The notes: generated from the sequence alone by a model not told the origin. A stretch of 64,000 nucleotides of DNA from Anaeramoeba ignava BMAN (GCA_028826165.1 JAPDFW010000058.1:1-64000); one strand, 5' to 3'. Shown: positions 12,150 through 23,707, counted from the first letter of the stretch. Made by a program: numbers and translations.

Positions 12150-13310
12150 TCAATTCTTTTCTAAATTGGAAACAACACAAATTGAATGATAATAAGAGCA
12201 ATCAGCATCAATTAATTGTTTTGCTTCTAAATCAACTTTGCGAGGGATATTTTCGCGGAATAAATAACGATAATTTTCTGATTCAGAATGGCCAAGCCTT
12301 CCATTTGAACCGCAACCCCAAGTATAAAAGCCATCGTTTGTCATCAGTGCAGAATGGATTCCACCAGCACAAATTTTAAGAGGAACGGATTTGACGTTTT
12401 GCAAATCAACAGAAAGTGGAACACTTGATTTCTGGATTTGTTCGCCGACACCCAATTTGGATTTGTAGTTTGAGCCGAAGGAAAAGATCTGGCCTTTCTC
12501 GGACATTACCAAAGTGTGCAAATAGTGTTCGCTTTTATTGCAGGAAACGGAAACAATGGGGGAGTCTGTTAAGTGGGAAAAATCAACTTGAACTGGCGAA
12601 TCAATACTTATGAATTTAGAGTCGATTTTCTCTTTTCCGTTTCCCAAGCAGCCATCTTGGGTTGATCCGAACATGAAGAGTTTTGAGTCTGAAATTATTC
12701 CTGCGTGGCCAAGTCCGCAAGATATTTTTTGGATTTTTCTGTTTTTCCATGACTTGATTTTTTGGGGCAAAACGGGGGATTTATTTGATCCTAGAATTCC
12801 ATCTCTATTTTTGCCCCAACCATAAAGTTGACCGTTGTCATCAATTGCGAACATGAACTGGTCTCCACAGCAAACATTTGTGAATCGGGTGTCTTTGATT
12901 TTGGGGTTGTGTTCGTGAATGGGAGTTGGAACAAGAATATCATCTTTTGAAGGAATACCAGTTCCAGATGATTTTCCCCAAGAGTAGATTTTGCCGTTTT
13001 CAGTGAGAAGGGCGCCGACCCAGTTTCCAGCTGAAATTTGCACTACTTTTTCTTTGATTTGCTTGTTGATTTGGATCGGTGTGTGTTGATCTGTTTCGGA
13101 ACCTGAGCCGAGTCTTCCATATTTGCCATATCCGCAACTAAAAACGTCTCCGTTTTGTGAAAGAAATAATGTGTACCAACCGCCGCATGAAACTGAGGAT
13201 ATGAAGGTATTTTCTGGTAAGAGAACTTTTGTGGGTTTGTGGACTTCTTTTTGCGGTTTTCCGATTCCGAGTTGGCCTTGTTGATTTACACCAAAACCAA
13301 AAGTAATCAT
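12150..13310 (-). CDS. RCC1/BLIP-II repeat beta-propeller protein
   Basis: Repeated VSCGGWYTLFL..GDVFSCGYGKYGRLG, CGDQFMF..GQLYGWGKNRDGILG, AGGIHSAL..YTWGCGSNGRLG motifs; intronless 386 aa. Confidence 0.93.
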   Translation of the reverse strand: MITFGFGVNQQGQLGIGKPQKEVHKPTKVLLPENTFISSVSCGGWYTLFLSQNGDVFSCGYGKYGRLGSGSETDQHTPIQINKQIKEKVVQISAGNWVGALLTENGKIYSWGKSSGTGIPSKDDILVPTPIHEHNPKIKDTRFTNVCCGDQFMFAIDDNGQLYGWGKNRDGILGSNKSPVLPQKIKSWKNRKIQKISCGLGHAGIISDSKLFMFGSTQDGCLGNGKEKIDSKFISIDSPVQVDFSHLTDSPIVSVSCNKSEHYLHTLVMSEKGQIFSFGSNYKSKLGVGEQIQKSSVPLSVDLQNVKSVPLKICAGGIHSALMTNDGFYTWGCGSNGRLGHSESENYRYLFRENIPRKVDLEAKQLIDADCSYYHSICVVSNLEKN

Positions 13311-13545
13311 TATTTAATTTTTAAAAAATGGAAAAAAAAATGAAAAAAATTTTATTCATTTCTGTTTCAATTATTCAACAAAATCCTCTTCTCCTTCTTG
13401 AAATTCATCTAACAAAAGTCAAATAAAAGTAATCATTATTTAATTTTTAAAAAATGGAAAAAAATTTTATTCATTTCTGTTTCAAATATTCAACAAAATT
13501 CTCTTCTTCTTCTTCTTCTCCTTCTTGAAATTCATCTAACAAAAG
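13299..13545. repeat. ~125-bp tandem duplication spanning the homeobox stop, intergenic spacer and RCC1 start
   Basis: 13299-13418 and 13425-13545 are near-identical (AAAAGTAATCATTATTTAATTTTTAAAAAATGG...GAAATTCATCTAACAAAAG). Confidence 0.85.
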
Positions 13546-14406
13546 CCAATTTGGACACTCGATCCTATTTTCAAGCACTAATTTTTTTATTCTTCTTCTT
13601 TTATTGCCGAACCATGTTGAAATTTTGCACACAGAAACTTTGCATAATTGAGCGAGAAATTCCTTCTCTTCTTTATCTGGATAAGGACCGTTTGCCTTGT
13701 TTTCGTTTTTGGAAAACCATTCCTCAAGAATTGTTCTTTCTTCAATACCAATTCTGCTTTTCAAGGCTTGAGAATTAATTTTTATTTTTTTTGGGGTTTT
13801 TTCTTTTTCCATTTCAAGTGATTTGGAAATTTCTTCAATTTCGTTATCAAGATTTTCAGCAACACAATCAATATGAAGATTTGCCAAGTGTTTTTCTTCT
13901 TGGACAAATGACTCTAAATGTTCAAAAAATAATTTATTTGATGAAAATGTGTTTTCGAGTTTTTTTTCAAGTTGATTTTGAAGTTCTTGAATTTTTTGAT
14001 TGAAATTAGTTTTAATTTGTTTTAATTTTGCAATTAAATTTTGTGAATTTTTTGAGGAAGAATTTTGGAAGTGATTTTGATATGGATTTTTTAGAAAAGA
14101 ATTTTTTGATTTTTGAAGAAATTGAGATTGTTTTAGAATGTTTGATAACAAAGGAATTAAATGAGTGAAATTTTCCTCAATTATAGTTTCTGGTGATTTT
14201 TCAAGAACATTTTGAAATGTATTGTTATTATTATTTAAAGATTGTTTTTCTTGATTTGTTTTATTTTGTGAATTTTCAATTTCATTTTCAATTTCATTTT
14301 CATTTGCATTTTCAAATTTAAATAATTCTTCTGGTAAAATATCAGGAATTGAATTGAAAAAATCATCACAAATTTCCATTTGATTCAATTCTTTTTGATT
14401 TTCCAT
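13471..14406 (-). CDS. TALE-class homeodomain transcription factor (PBC-like WFGN)
   Basis: ILEEWFSKNENKANGPYPDKEEKEFLAQLCKVSVCKISTWFGNKRRRIKK: PYP loop plus WFGN helix 3. First ATG at 14406. Confidence 0.9.
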   Translation of the reverse strand: MENQKELNQMEICDDFFNSIPDILPEELFKFENANENEIENEIENSQNKTNQEKQSLNNNNNTFQNVLEKSPETIIEENFTHLIPLLSNILKQSQFLQKSKNSFLKNPYQNHFQNSSSKNSQNLIAKLKQIKTNFNQKIQELQNQLEKKLENTFSSNKLFFEHLESFVQEEKHLANLHIDCVAENLDNEIEEISKSLEMEKEKTPKKIKINSQALKSRIGIEERTILEEWFSKNENKANGPYPDKEEKEFLAQLCKVSVCKISTWFGNKRRRIKKLVLENRIECPNWLLLDEFQEGEEEEEENFVEYLKQK

Positions 14407-14590
14407 TTTTAAAAACAAATAAAATGTAAAATGATAATGTTTTTTGTTTTTTGTTTTTTTTTTGTTAATAAATTTTTGTTTTTAAATTTGACATTGATTT
14501 TATTAATTTATTGGAAAAAAAATGACTTTGAAAAAAATTTTTTTCATTTTTCATTTTTTTCTTTTCTTTTCATTTTCAAATCATTTTAAA

Positions 14591-16051
14591 ATGGAAAGTT
14601 ATTCAAATTTAGAAAAACTTTCAAATGATTTAAAAAATCTATTTCCAAATGAGGAAGAAAGTTATTTTGATTTTGAAATAATTTGTGAACAAAACAAAAT
14701 TTCATTTAAAACTCACAAGGCAATTCTTTCAGCAAGAAGTCAATATTTCAAATCTCTTTTCAAATCGAAAATGAAAGAATATCAAGAAAACAAACTAATT
14801 TTAAAAGATTTTTCAAGCTCAATTATATCTTCAATTTTGAATTATTTTTATTCAGGAAAGATTGAAATCAATTTAGAAAATGCAATTGAAATTTTAATTT
14901 TTTCATCAAAATATTTAATCGATGAGCTGATTGAATTTTCTTCAAATTTTATCAAAAAGCATTTCCAATTTGAGACTGTTGTGGATGTTCTTAAATTATC
15001 TGAGTCGATGAACTTCAACCAATTAATTGATCCTTCTTATCAATTTATTTTGGAGAATTTTGATGAATTTATGAAAACATCTTTTTTTCTCGAACTTGAA
15101 GAAAACCATTTAAATTTCATTCTGTCAAAAGATACTATTCCAACAGAAGAATTTGAGAATTTTCAATCAATCATCAAATGGGGGAAACACAAATCGAATA
15201 TTAGTCAAGAAAAAGAAAATCAAAAGCTGGAAAAAGAAGAAAAAGACAAGCTGAAAAATGGAATTTCTGATCTTATTTACAAAATCAGATTCATTGATTT
15301 CTCGCAAGACGAAATTGGAAATGTTTTGAAGGAGGATTTGGTTGGAAATCAAGTTTCGCAAAAATTGGTTCAATTCCAAAAAATGCAAAAAAATAAAAAG
15401 GACTTGAACCAGCTTATTGAAAAAGAAAATCAAAATCCACATTCGTTCATTTTCAAATCGCGATTCAAATTCAAATCCTTGATTATCAAAGAAATGGAAT
15501 ATTACAACAAAATCAGAGAATGGATCAACGATGACGAATTCTTATCGAAAATGAAATTGGGGTTTTCAGCCAAAAGAGATGGGTTTTCTGATGTAACGTT
15601 TTACGAGAAGTGCGATAACAAAGGAAAAACATTAGTGATTATCAAAACAAAAACTGACTTTATTTTTGGAGGATTTACTTCGGTTGGATTCACGACGGAT
15701 ATCCTCAAATGGAAAGAGAGTTTTGGAAGTTGGGGAAATATTTCCGATCCGGAAGCGTTTATTTTTTCGTTACGGAATGATAAAAATGATAGGAAGCCTG
15801 AGAAGTTTCCTGTTCAGAAAGACAAGAGTCATAAAGCAATTAGTTATTATCCTGGATATGGACCGAGATTTGGAGATGGGAATTCTGATATAGCTGTGTT
15901 TTCTGATTTTCAGAGGGAGAATTATTCCAATTTTGGGGATTGTTATACCTTGCCTGATGGAGTTGTTCGAGGTTCTAAAGATTCTTATAAATATTTAGCA
16001 GGTACTTGGTATAATTGGGAAATTGAAGAGCTTGAATGCTTTTTTATTTAA
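14591..16051 (+). CDS. BTB/POZ-BACK-TLDc domain protein
   Basis: DFEII..FKTHKAILSARSQYFKSLF..MKE (BTB), BACK-like IIKW region, TLDc AKRDGFS..FYEKCDNKGKTLVIIKT..IFGGFT..DPEAFIFSL..GPRFG. Confidence 0.93.
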   Translation: MESYSNLEKLSNDLKNLFPNEEESYFDFEIICEQNKISFKTHKAILSARSQYFKSLFKSKMKEYQENKLILKDFSSSIISSILNYFYSGKIEINLENAIEILIFSSKYLIDELIEFSSNFIKKHFQFETVVDVLKLSESMNFNQLIDPSYQFILENFDEFMKTSFFLELEENHLNFILSKDTIPTEEFENFQSIIKWGKHKSNISQEKENQKLEKEEKDKLKNGISDLIYKIRFIDFSQDEIGNVLKEDLVGNQVSQKLVQFQKMQKNKKDLNQLIEKENQNPHSFIFKSRFKFKSLIIKEMEYYNKIREWINDDEFLSKMKLGFSAKRDGFSDVTFYEKCDNKGKTLVIIKTKTDFIFGGFTSVGFTTDILKWKESFGSWGNISDPEAFIFSLRNDKNDRKPEKFPVQKDKSHKAISYYPGYGPRFGDGNSDIAVFSDFQRENYSNFGDCYTLPDGVVRGSKDSYKYLAGTWYNWEIEELECFFI

Positions 16052-16539
16052 TTTAAGCAAAACAAAACTTTAAAAATTTTGAAAATTTTTTAATTTGAAT
16101 TTTATTAATTTTTAATTTTATTTTTTAATTTGAAAAGCAAAATAAAAATAATTAAAAAAAGAAGAAAAAAAAAGAAAAGTGAATAAACTCCATAACAATT
16201 ATTTTAGATATTATGAAGAGCCAATTAGAGATTTTGTAATTGGAAAGTTTTTGAACTAACACACCAATTTTAGAATCAAAAGAAGAACGAAAAGGAATAA
16301 TTTTGTTTTTAATTAAAGTATTGTGTAGAGATTACAATTTCCACGAAAGATTTAACATCTGATATTATGTTTCCAATATGAGAAATTTTGATTTCTGATC
16401 AAATAAAATGGATAAAAAGAAGAACAAGAAGAGGTTGGTTCCATCTTTGCTTTTTAGTTAGATGTATTTACAATATTTGGTTGTACAGTCCAACATTTCA
16501 TAAAATCACAAAATATCAATTAAACGAAAAAATTATTCG

Positions 16540-18290
16540 AGAAAACACATAAATATCATGTTATCAAGTCTCAAACAATTAATTCAAAGAAAAAAGTAAT
16601 TAGGAGAAAACACATAAATGTCATGTTATCAAGTCTCAAACAATTAATTCATCAAAAAATTATTCAGAAGAAAACATAAATGTCATGTTATTAAATCTCA
16701 AACAATTAATTCATCAAAAAATTATTCAGGAGAAAACACATAAATGTCATGTTATCAAATCTCAAACAATTAATTCATCAAAAAATTATTCAGAAGAAAA
16801 CATAAATGTCATGTTATTAAATCGCAAACAATTAATTCATCAAAAAATTATTCAAAGAAAAAATTATTCAGGAAAACACATAAATATCATGTTATTAAGT
16901 CACAAACAATTAATTCAAAGAAAAAAATTATTCAGGAAAACATAAATATCATGTTATTAAATCTCAAACAATTAATTCATCAAAATATTATTTAGGAGAA
17001 AACACATAAATGTCATGTTATCAAGTCTCAAACAATTAATTCATCAAAAAATTATTTAGGAGAAAACATAAATATCATGTTATCAAGTCTCAAACAATTA
17101 ATTCATCAAAAAATTATTCAGGAGAAAACATAAATGTCATGTTATTAAATCTCAAACAATTAATTCATCAAAATATCATTCAGGAAAACATAAATACCAT
17201 GTTATCAAGTCACAAACAATTAATTCAAAGAAAAAAGTAATTAGGAGAAAACACATAAATGTCATGTTATCAAGTCTCAAACAATTAATTCATCAAAAAA
17301 TTATTTAGGAGAAAACATAAATATCATGTTATTAAGTCTCAAACAATTAATTCATCAAAATATTATTCAGGAGAAAACACATAAATGTCATGTTATCAAG
17401 TCTCAAACAATTAATTCATCAAAATATTATACAGGAGAAAACATAAATATCATGTTATTAAGTCTCAAACAATTAATTCATCAAAATATCATTTAGGAAA
17501 ACATAAATACCATGTTATTAAGTCTCAAACAATTAATTCATCAAAATATTATTCAGGAAAAAACATAAATGTCATGTTATCAAGTCTCAAAATATCAATT
17601 AAACAAAAATATTAATTAGGAAAGCATAAATGTCATGTTATCAAGTCTCAAACAATTAATTCATCAAAATATTATTTAGGAGAAAACATAAATACCATGT
17701 TATCAAGTCTCAAACAATTAATTCAAAGAAAAAATATTTAGGAAAACACATAAATGTCATGTTATTAAATCTCAAACAATTAATTCAAAGAAAAAATTAT
17801 TTAGGAGAAAACATAAATATCATGTTATTAAATCTCAAACAATTAATTCATCAAAATATTATTCAGGAAAACACAAATATCATGTTATTAAATCACAAAC
17901 AATTAATTCATCAAAAAATTATTTAGGAGAAAACATAAATATCATGCTATTAAATCTCAAACAATTAATTCATCAAAAAATTAATTAGGAAAACATAAAT
18001 GTCATGTTATTAAATCTCAAACAATTAATTCATCAAAAAATTAATTAGGAAAACATAAATGTTATGTTATCAAGTCGCAAACAATTAATTCATCAAAATA
18101 TCATTCAGGAAAACATAAATGTCATGTTATTAAATCTCAAACAATTAATTCATCAAAATATCATTTAGGAAAACATAAATACCATGCTATTAAGTCTCAA
18201 ACAATTAATTCATCAAAAAATTATTCAGAAGAAAACATAAATATCATGTTATTAAATCGCAAACAATTAATTCAAAGAAAATATTAATTA
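16540..18290. repeat. Minisatellite, ~62-bp unit, ~28 copies
   Basis: Unit AAAACATAAATGTCATGTTATCAAGTCTCAAACAATTAATTCATCAAAAAATTATTCAGGAG repeated head-to-tail with point variants and no unique spacers. Confidence 0.95.
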
Positions 18291-18805
18291 TTGAGCAACA
18301 ATTTTATAATTTCATTTTAAGTTCAAAGAGAATAATCATTGAACACTATTATGCAAGAATAAAAAAATTATGGAATTTTAATAATTTTAATTTCCCTTTT
18401 TTTGGAATTAAAATTAAAGAAAAAATTTCCAGTTAATAGATTTTTAAAACTGAAAAAACTGAGATTGAACAGAAGTAGAAAAAAAAGTTAAATCGAAATG
18501 AAACAATTTCCAATTTTCAATTTCCAAAACAATAGAAAAACAAAATTTTCTTTTTTTTATTTTAGAAAAAAACATAGCATTTAGACTGTTTATTCAGTTT
18601 AGCCACTATAAACATAAAATCGTTCTCATATATCTCAAAGATTATAACTCAAGGAATGGATTTTAAGTCTCAGGGAAAAAGTTATTTATTCGGGAAAGTT
18701 TGAGTAATACGAATAAAAAAGCACTTTACTTCAAAAATTTTCAATTCAAGAGGAAAAAAGAGAAAAAAGAGAAAAATGAAAAATGAAAAATGAAAAATGA
18801 AAAAA

Positions 18806-19130
18806 TTTTAATTTTAATTTTGATTTTAATTTTGATTTTGATTTTGATTTTGATTTTGATTTTGATTTTGATTTTGATTTTGATTTTGATTTTGATTTAA
18901 ATTTTGATTTTGATTTTGATTTTGATTTTGATTTTGATTTTGATTTTGAATTTAATTTTGATTTTGATTTTGATTTTAATTTTAATTTTGATTTTGATTT
19001 TGATTTTGATTTAAATTTTGATTTTGATTTTTGATTTTGATTTTGATTTAAATTTTGATTTTGATTTTGATTTTGATTTTGATTTTGATTTTAATTTTGA
19101 TTTTAATTTAATTTTGATTTTGATTTTGGT
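18806..19130. repeat. (ATTTTG)n microsatellite
   Basis: Directly visible. Confidence 0.9.
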
Positions 19131-19186
19131 TTTTATTGAAAAAAAAGAAATTAAAAAAGGAAAGTAAAAAAAAAACGATGAACAAA

Positions 19187-20230
19187 TCAGAAGCATTTCT
19201 CAAAGCAAATATTTGGGCCGAATTCGGAGTAATCTGAATAACTGATCCAACTACTGTCATCTTTAAGAAAATAAGAACCAACAATTGAACCACCAACAAA
19301 AGGAAGTTGTTGATCATCAGTTTCAATAGTGATTTGAGGAACAACAGTTGAAGGGATGAAGAATTGGACTTCAGCAGCTAATCTCTCTGAAAGACCAGCG
19401 ATGCGACTTGTACCACCGAAAAGAAGGATGTTTGTTATTAGGGATTTGCGAGAATAAATGGGCGATCTTTTGTAAATGGAGTTGACAAGTAGTTTGTGGA
19501 TGCCTTCAAATTGAACGCCATAATCGCGAGGAGAAAACAGAATTTCGGGCGCTTTCCAGTGCTGGTCTGAGAACTCAATCTCAAGGTTTTCTGCGCCTTT
19601 GACAGGAACATTCTTGGGATTGGGATAATTTTCATTGATATTTGTGGAACGTCGAAATTCTAATTGAGTTTCTTTTAAATCACGAACATCCAAATTATTT
19701 TTGGAAAAAATACTCAAATTGTGCTCGTTTTTGATGAGTTGTTCAAGAAAAACATCTTCGATATCAAACGCACCAATCTCTAGGCGTTGGATTGCATAGG
19801 GGAATATACGCTCTCGATAGATGGGGACGATAGATGTTGTTGAGTATCCGAAATTAACTGAAACTCCAGTTGATTTCCCAGTTGCAAATAAAGCAAGAAC
19901 ATTTTGAAGAGCAAAAAAAGCCTCTTTGAAATGTAGAGTTTCGAAGAGAATCTCGGCGTTTGTCTGCCGTATTTGCTTCGGTTGAAGAGGCGTTTCTGTG
20001 ACTAACATACTGTATTCAATTGGATTGATTCCAAGTTTTTTTTGAATTGACGTCCAATATTCTTCAAGCTTTGGTTTGTTACTTTCGGGTATTTTTTTGT
20101 GTGTTTTGTTGTATTTTGTTGTTGTTATATCTTTGCTAATTGTGAATTGTGGTTTTTTTTCTCCTCCAAATCCAATTCTTGCTTCAAATTCTCCGTTATC
20201 TACAACAACTACATTTGTTTTATTTGACAT
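19187..20230 (-). CDS. Divergent actin-like / actin-related protein
   Basis: VVVDNG..RIGFGGEKKP, MLVTETPLQPK..R..AEILFETL, QNVLALFATGKSTGVSVNFG..TSIVPIY, KAPEILFSP, NILLFGGTSRIAGLSERL, WISYSDYSEFGPNICFEKCF. Confidence 0.92.
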   Translation of the reverse strand: MSNKTNVVVVDNGEFEARIGFGGEKKPQFTISKDITTTKYNKTHKKIPESNKPKLEEYWTSIQKKLGINPIEYSMLVTETPLQPKQIRQTNAEILFETLHFKEAFFALQNVLALFATGKSTGVSVNFGYSTTSIVPIYRERIFPYAIQRLEIGAFDIEDVFLEQLIKNEHNLSIFSKNNLDVRDLKETQLEFRRSTNINENYPNPKNVPVKGAENLEIEFSDQHWKAPEILFSPRDYGVQFEGIHKLLVNSIYKRSPIYSRKSLITNILLFGGTSRIAGLSERLAAEVQFFIPSTVVPQITIETDDQQLPFVGGSIVGSYFLKDDSSWISYSDYSEFGPNICFEKCF

Positions 20231-20425
20231 TCTGGCTTAATTTTTGTTTTGATTGGTTATAATTTGTTAAAAAAAAATGATTTTTATTTTTATTTTTAAA
20301 TTTTTTTTTAATTTTTTTTTTCATTTTTTTTCTTTCATTTCCAAATTTAAATTTACAAATAAAATTTACAAATAAAATTTACAAATAAAATTTACAAAAA
20401 TTATAAAAATTATAAAAATTACAAA

Positions 20426-23197
20426 ATGAGTGAAAATCAAAAGAAAGAACAAGAAGAAGAAAAGAAAGAACAAAAACAAAATGAAAATGAACAAAATGAA
20501 AAAAGATGAAAAGAAAAATGAAAAAGAAAAAAAAGATGAAAAATTTGTTTTAAAATTTTCTGTTGAAGAAATTGAAAAACAAATTATGCTTGATGAAAAA
20601 TTAGAAAAGGTTATCATTTTTAATTCTGATGGTGAAATTATTTTTTCTTATGACCAAGAACCTATTAATCAAGATGAAATCAAGTATTTAATTTCTTTGT
20701 TTAGATCTTCTTGAAATTATCTTTCTTTTCTTTTTATATGATTAAAAATGGTAATTGTTTTATTGTTTCTTTTTTTTTTAGAGAATATTTACATGCTTTT
20801 GATAGTTATGATAATACTGTGGGTAAAGGTTTTGTTCTTCATGGATTAGATTATGTTGTTTACAGGTAAAATTTATCAAATTATTTATAAAATTATTTAT
20901 TAAATTATTTACAAAATTATTTATAAAATTAAATATAGAATTATTTATAAAATTATTTATAAAATTATTTATAAAATTATTTATTAAATTATTTATAAAA
21001 TTATTTATAAAATTATTTATAAAATTATTTATTAAATTATTTACAAAATTATTAATAAAATTATTAATAAAATTAATTATAAAATTATTTATAAAATTAT
21101 TTATAAAATTATTTATAAAATTATTTATAAAATTATTTATAAAATTATTTATAAAATTAAATATAAAATTATTTATAAAATCATTAATAAAATTAATTAT
21201 AAAATTAATTTATAAAATTATTTATAAAATTATTAATAAAATTAATTATAAAATTATTTATAAAATTAAATATAAAAATTATTTATAAAATTATTTATAA
21301 AATTAAATATAAAATTATTTATAAAATTATTTATAAAATTATATATAAAATTATATATAAAATTATATATAAAATTAAATATAAAATCATTTATAAAATC
21401 ATTTATAAAATCATTTATAAAATTATTTATAAAATTATTTATAAAATTATATATAAAATTAAATATAAAATCATTTATAAAATCATTTATAAAATCATTT
21501 ATAAAATTATTTATAAAATTATTTATAAAAAATTATATATAAAATTATTTATAAAATCATTTATAAAATTATTTATAAAATTATTTATAAAATTATTTAT
21601 AAAATTATATATAAAATTATATATAAAATTATTTATAAAATTATTTATAAAATTATTTATAAAATTATTTATAAAATTATTTATAAAAATTAAATATAAA
21701 AATTTATAAAATTAAATATAAAATTATTTATAAAATTATTTATAAAATTATATATAAAATTATTTATAAAAAATTTATAAAATTTATATAAAATTAAATA
21801 TAAAATTAAATATAAAATTATTTATAAAATTATTTTATAAAATTAAATATAAAATTAATTATAAAATTAAATATAAAATTATTTATAAAATTAAATATAA
21901 AATTATTTATAAAATTAAATATAAAATTATTTTATAAAATTATTTATAAAATTATTATATATAAAATTAATTATAAAATTAAATATAAAATTAAATATAA
22001 AAAATTATAAAATTAAATATAAAATTAAATATAAAATTATTTATAAAATTATTTATAAAATTAAATATAAAATTATTTATAAAATTAATTATAAAATTAT
22101 TTATAAAATTAAATATAAAATTATTTATAAAATTATTTATAAAATTATTTATAAAATTAATTATAAAATTATTTATAAAATTATTTATAAAATTAATTAT
22201 AAAATTATTTATAAAATTATTTATAAAATTAAATATAAAATTATTTATAAAATTATTTATAAAATTATTTATAAAATTATTTATAAAATTAAATATAAAA
22301 TTATTTATAAAATTATTTATAAAATTATTTATAAAATTATATATAAATTATTAATAAAATTAAATATAAAATTATTTATAAAATTATTAATAAAATTATA
22401 TATAAAATTATTAATAAAATTAAATATAAAATTATTTATAAAATTATTTATAAAATTAAATATAAAATTATTTATAAAATTATTTATAAAGTTATTTATA
22501 AAGTTAATTATAAAGTTAATTATAAAATTATTTATAAAATTATTTATAAAATTATTTATAAAATTATTTATAAAATTATTTATAAAATTATTTATAAAAT
22601 TATTTATAAAATTATTTATAAAATTATTTATAAAATTATTAATAAAATTATATATAAAATTATTAATAAAATTAAATATAAAATTATTTATAAAATTATT
22701 TATAAAATTATTAATAAAATTAAATATAAAATTATTTATAAAATTATTTATAAAATTATTAATAAAATTATATATAAAATTATATATAAAATTATTTATA
22801 AAATTATTTATAAAATTTATGAAAATGTGGATCAAAAAAAGATTTTATGATACACTAATATATGGAAGAAATGGAAACGAAGGAGAAGGACCTGGAATAT
22901 GTCTTTATCGAGTAAATCAAATTTTATAAAATCAAAAAATCAAAAAAATAATAAAATTTTTCATTTAAAAAATCAAAAAAAAATTAGTTTAAAAAAGAAG
23001 AAGAGGAAAAAGAAAAAGAGAAAGAAAAAGAAAAAGAGAAAGAAAAAGAGAAAAAAGAAAAAGAGAAAGAAAAAGAAGAGAAAAAAGAAGAGAAAAAAGA
23101 AAATTATTGGTTTGGATTAATCACATATACTTTCCCAATTGTTTCTTCTTGTGCAATTCCATATTTCCAACAAATTTGCGAGAAATTTTTCATTTAA
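20426..23197 (+). CDS. Profilin-like protein with acidic/lysine-rich extensions, 4 exons
   Basis: Exons 20426-20682, 20782-20865, 22842-22911, 22988-23197 give VIIFNSDGEII..EIKEYLHAFDSYDNTVGKGFVLHGLDYVVYRFYDTLIYGRNGNEGEGPGICLYR..YWFGLITYTFPIVSSCAIPYFQQICEKFFI. One homopolymer frameshift near 20500. Confidence 0.65.
20880..22815. repeat. 12-bp (ATAAAATTATTT)n repeat filling intron 2 of the profilin-like gene
   Basis: Directly visible between donor 20866 and acceptor 22841. Confidence 0.95.
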
Positions 23198-23707
23198 CTT
23201 TCAAATCTAAAATAATAGAAAAAAAAAAAACTTTAATCAAAATCTTTTTACTTTTTTTTTTTCTTTAATTTTCATTAAATAATATCAACAAATCCTTTTA
23301 AAAACGATTCAAAATAAAAAGAATTTTAAATTTTTTTATTATTTTTTGATTACTTTAATTTATTTAAATAATTTTTTATTCAATATTTCAATTAGAAAAA
23401 AAAAAAGGAAAAAAAAAAAAAGAGAATGGTTATTTTAATCAATAAATCAAATTAAATTGAATAAGATTTTATTTAAATTATTTTTTAAAATAAATTCGTA
23501 AGAGTTTTTTAGTTTTTTTTAATTTTAAATTTTTTTAATTTTAATTTTTAATGTCGAATCAACAGATCTTTTTTTATTTTTTTGTTTCTCTTTTATAAAA
23601 AATTACATCATTTTTTTTTATTTTCATTTTTTTTCTTTTCATTTTTTTTCTTTTCATTTTTATTTTCATTTTTTTTCTTTTCATTTTTTTTCTTTTCTTT
23701 TTTTTTG

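Noticed and set aside
16540-18290. CRISPR-like array
   Set aside because: Units are contiguous with no unique spacers, no cas genes are present, and the context is eukaryotic; it is a minisatellite.
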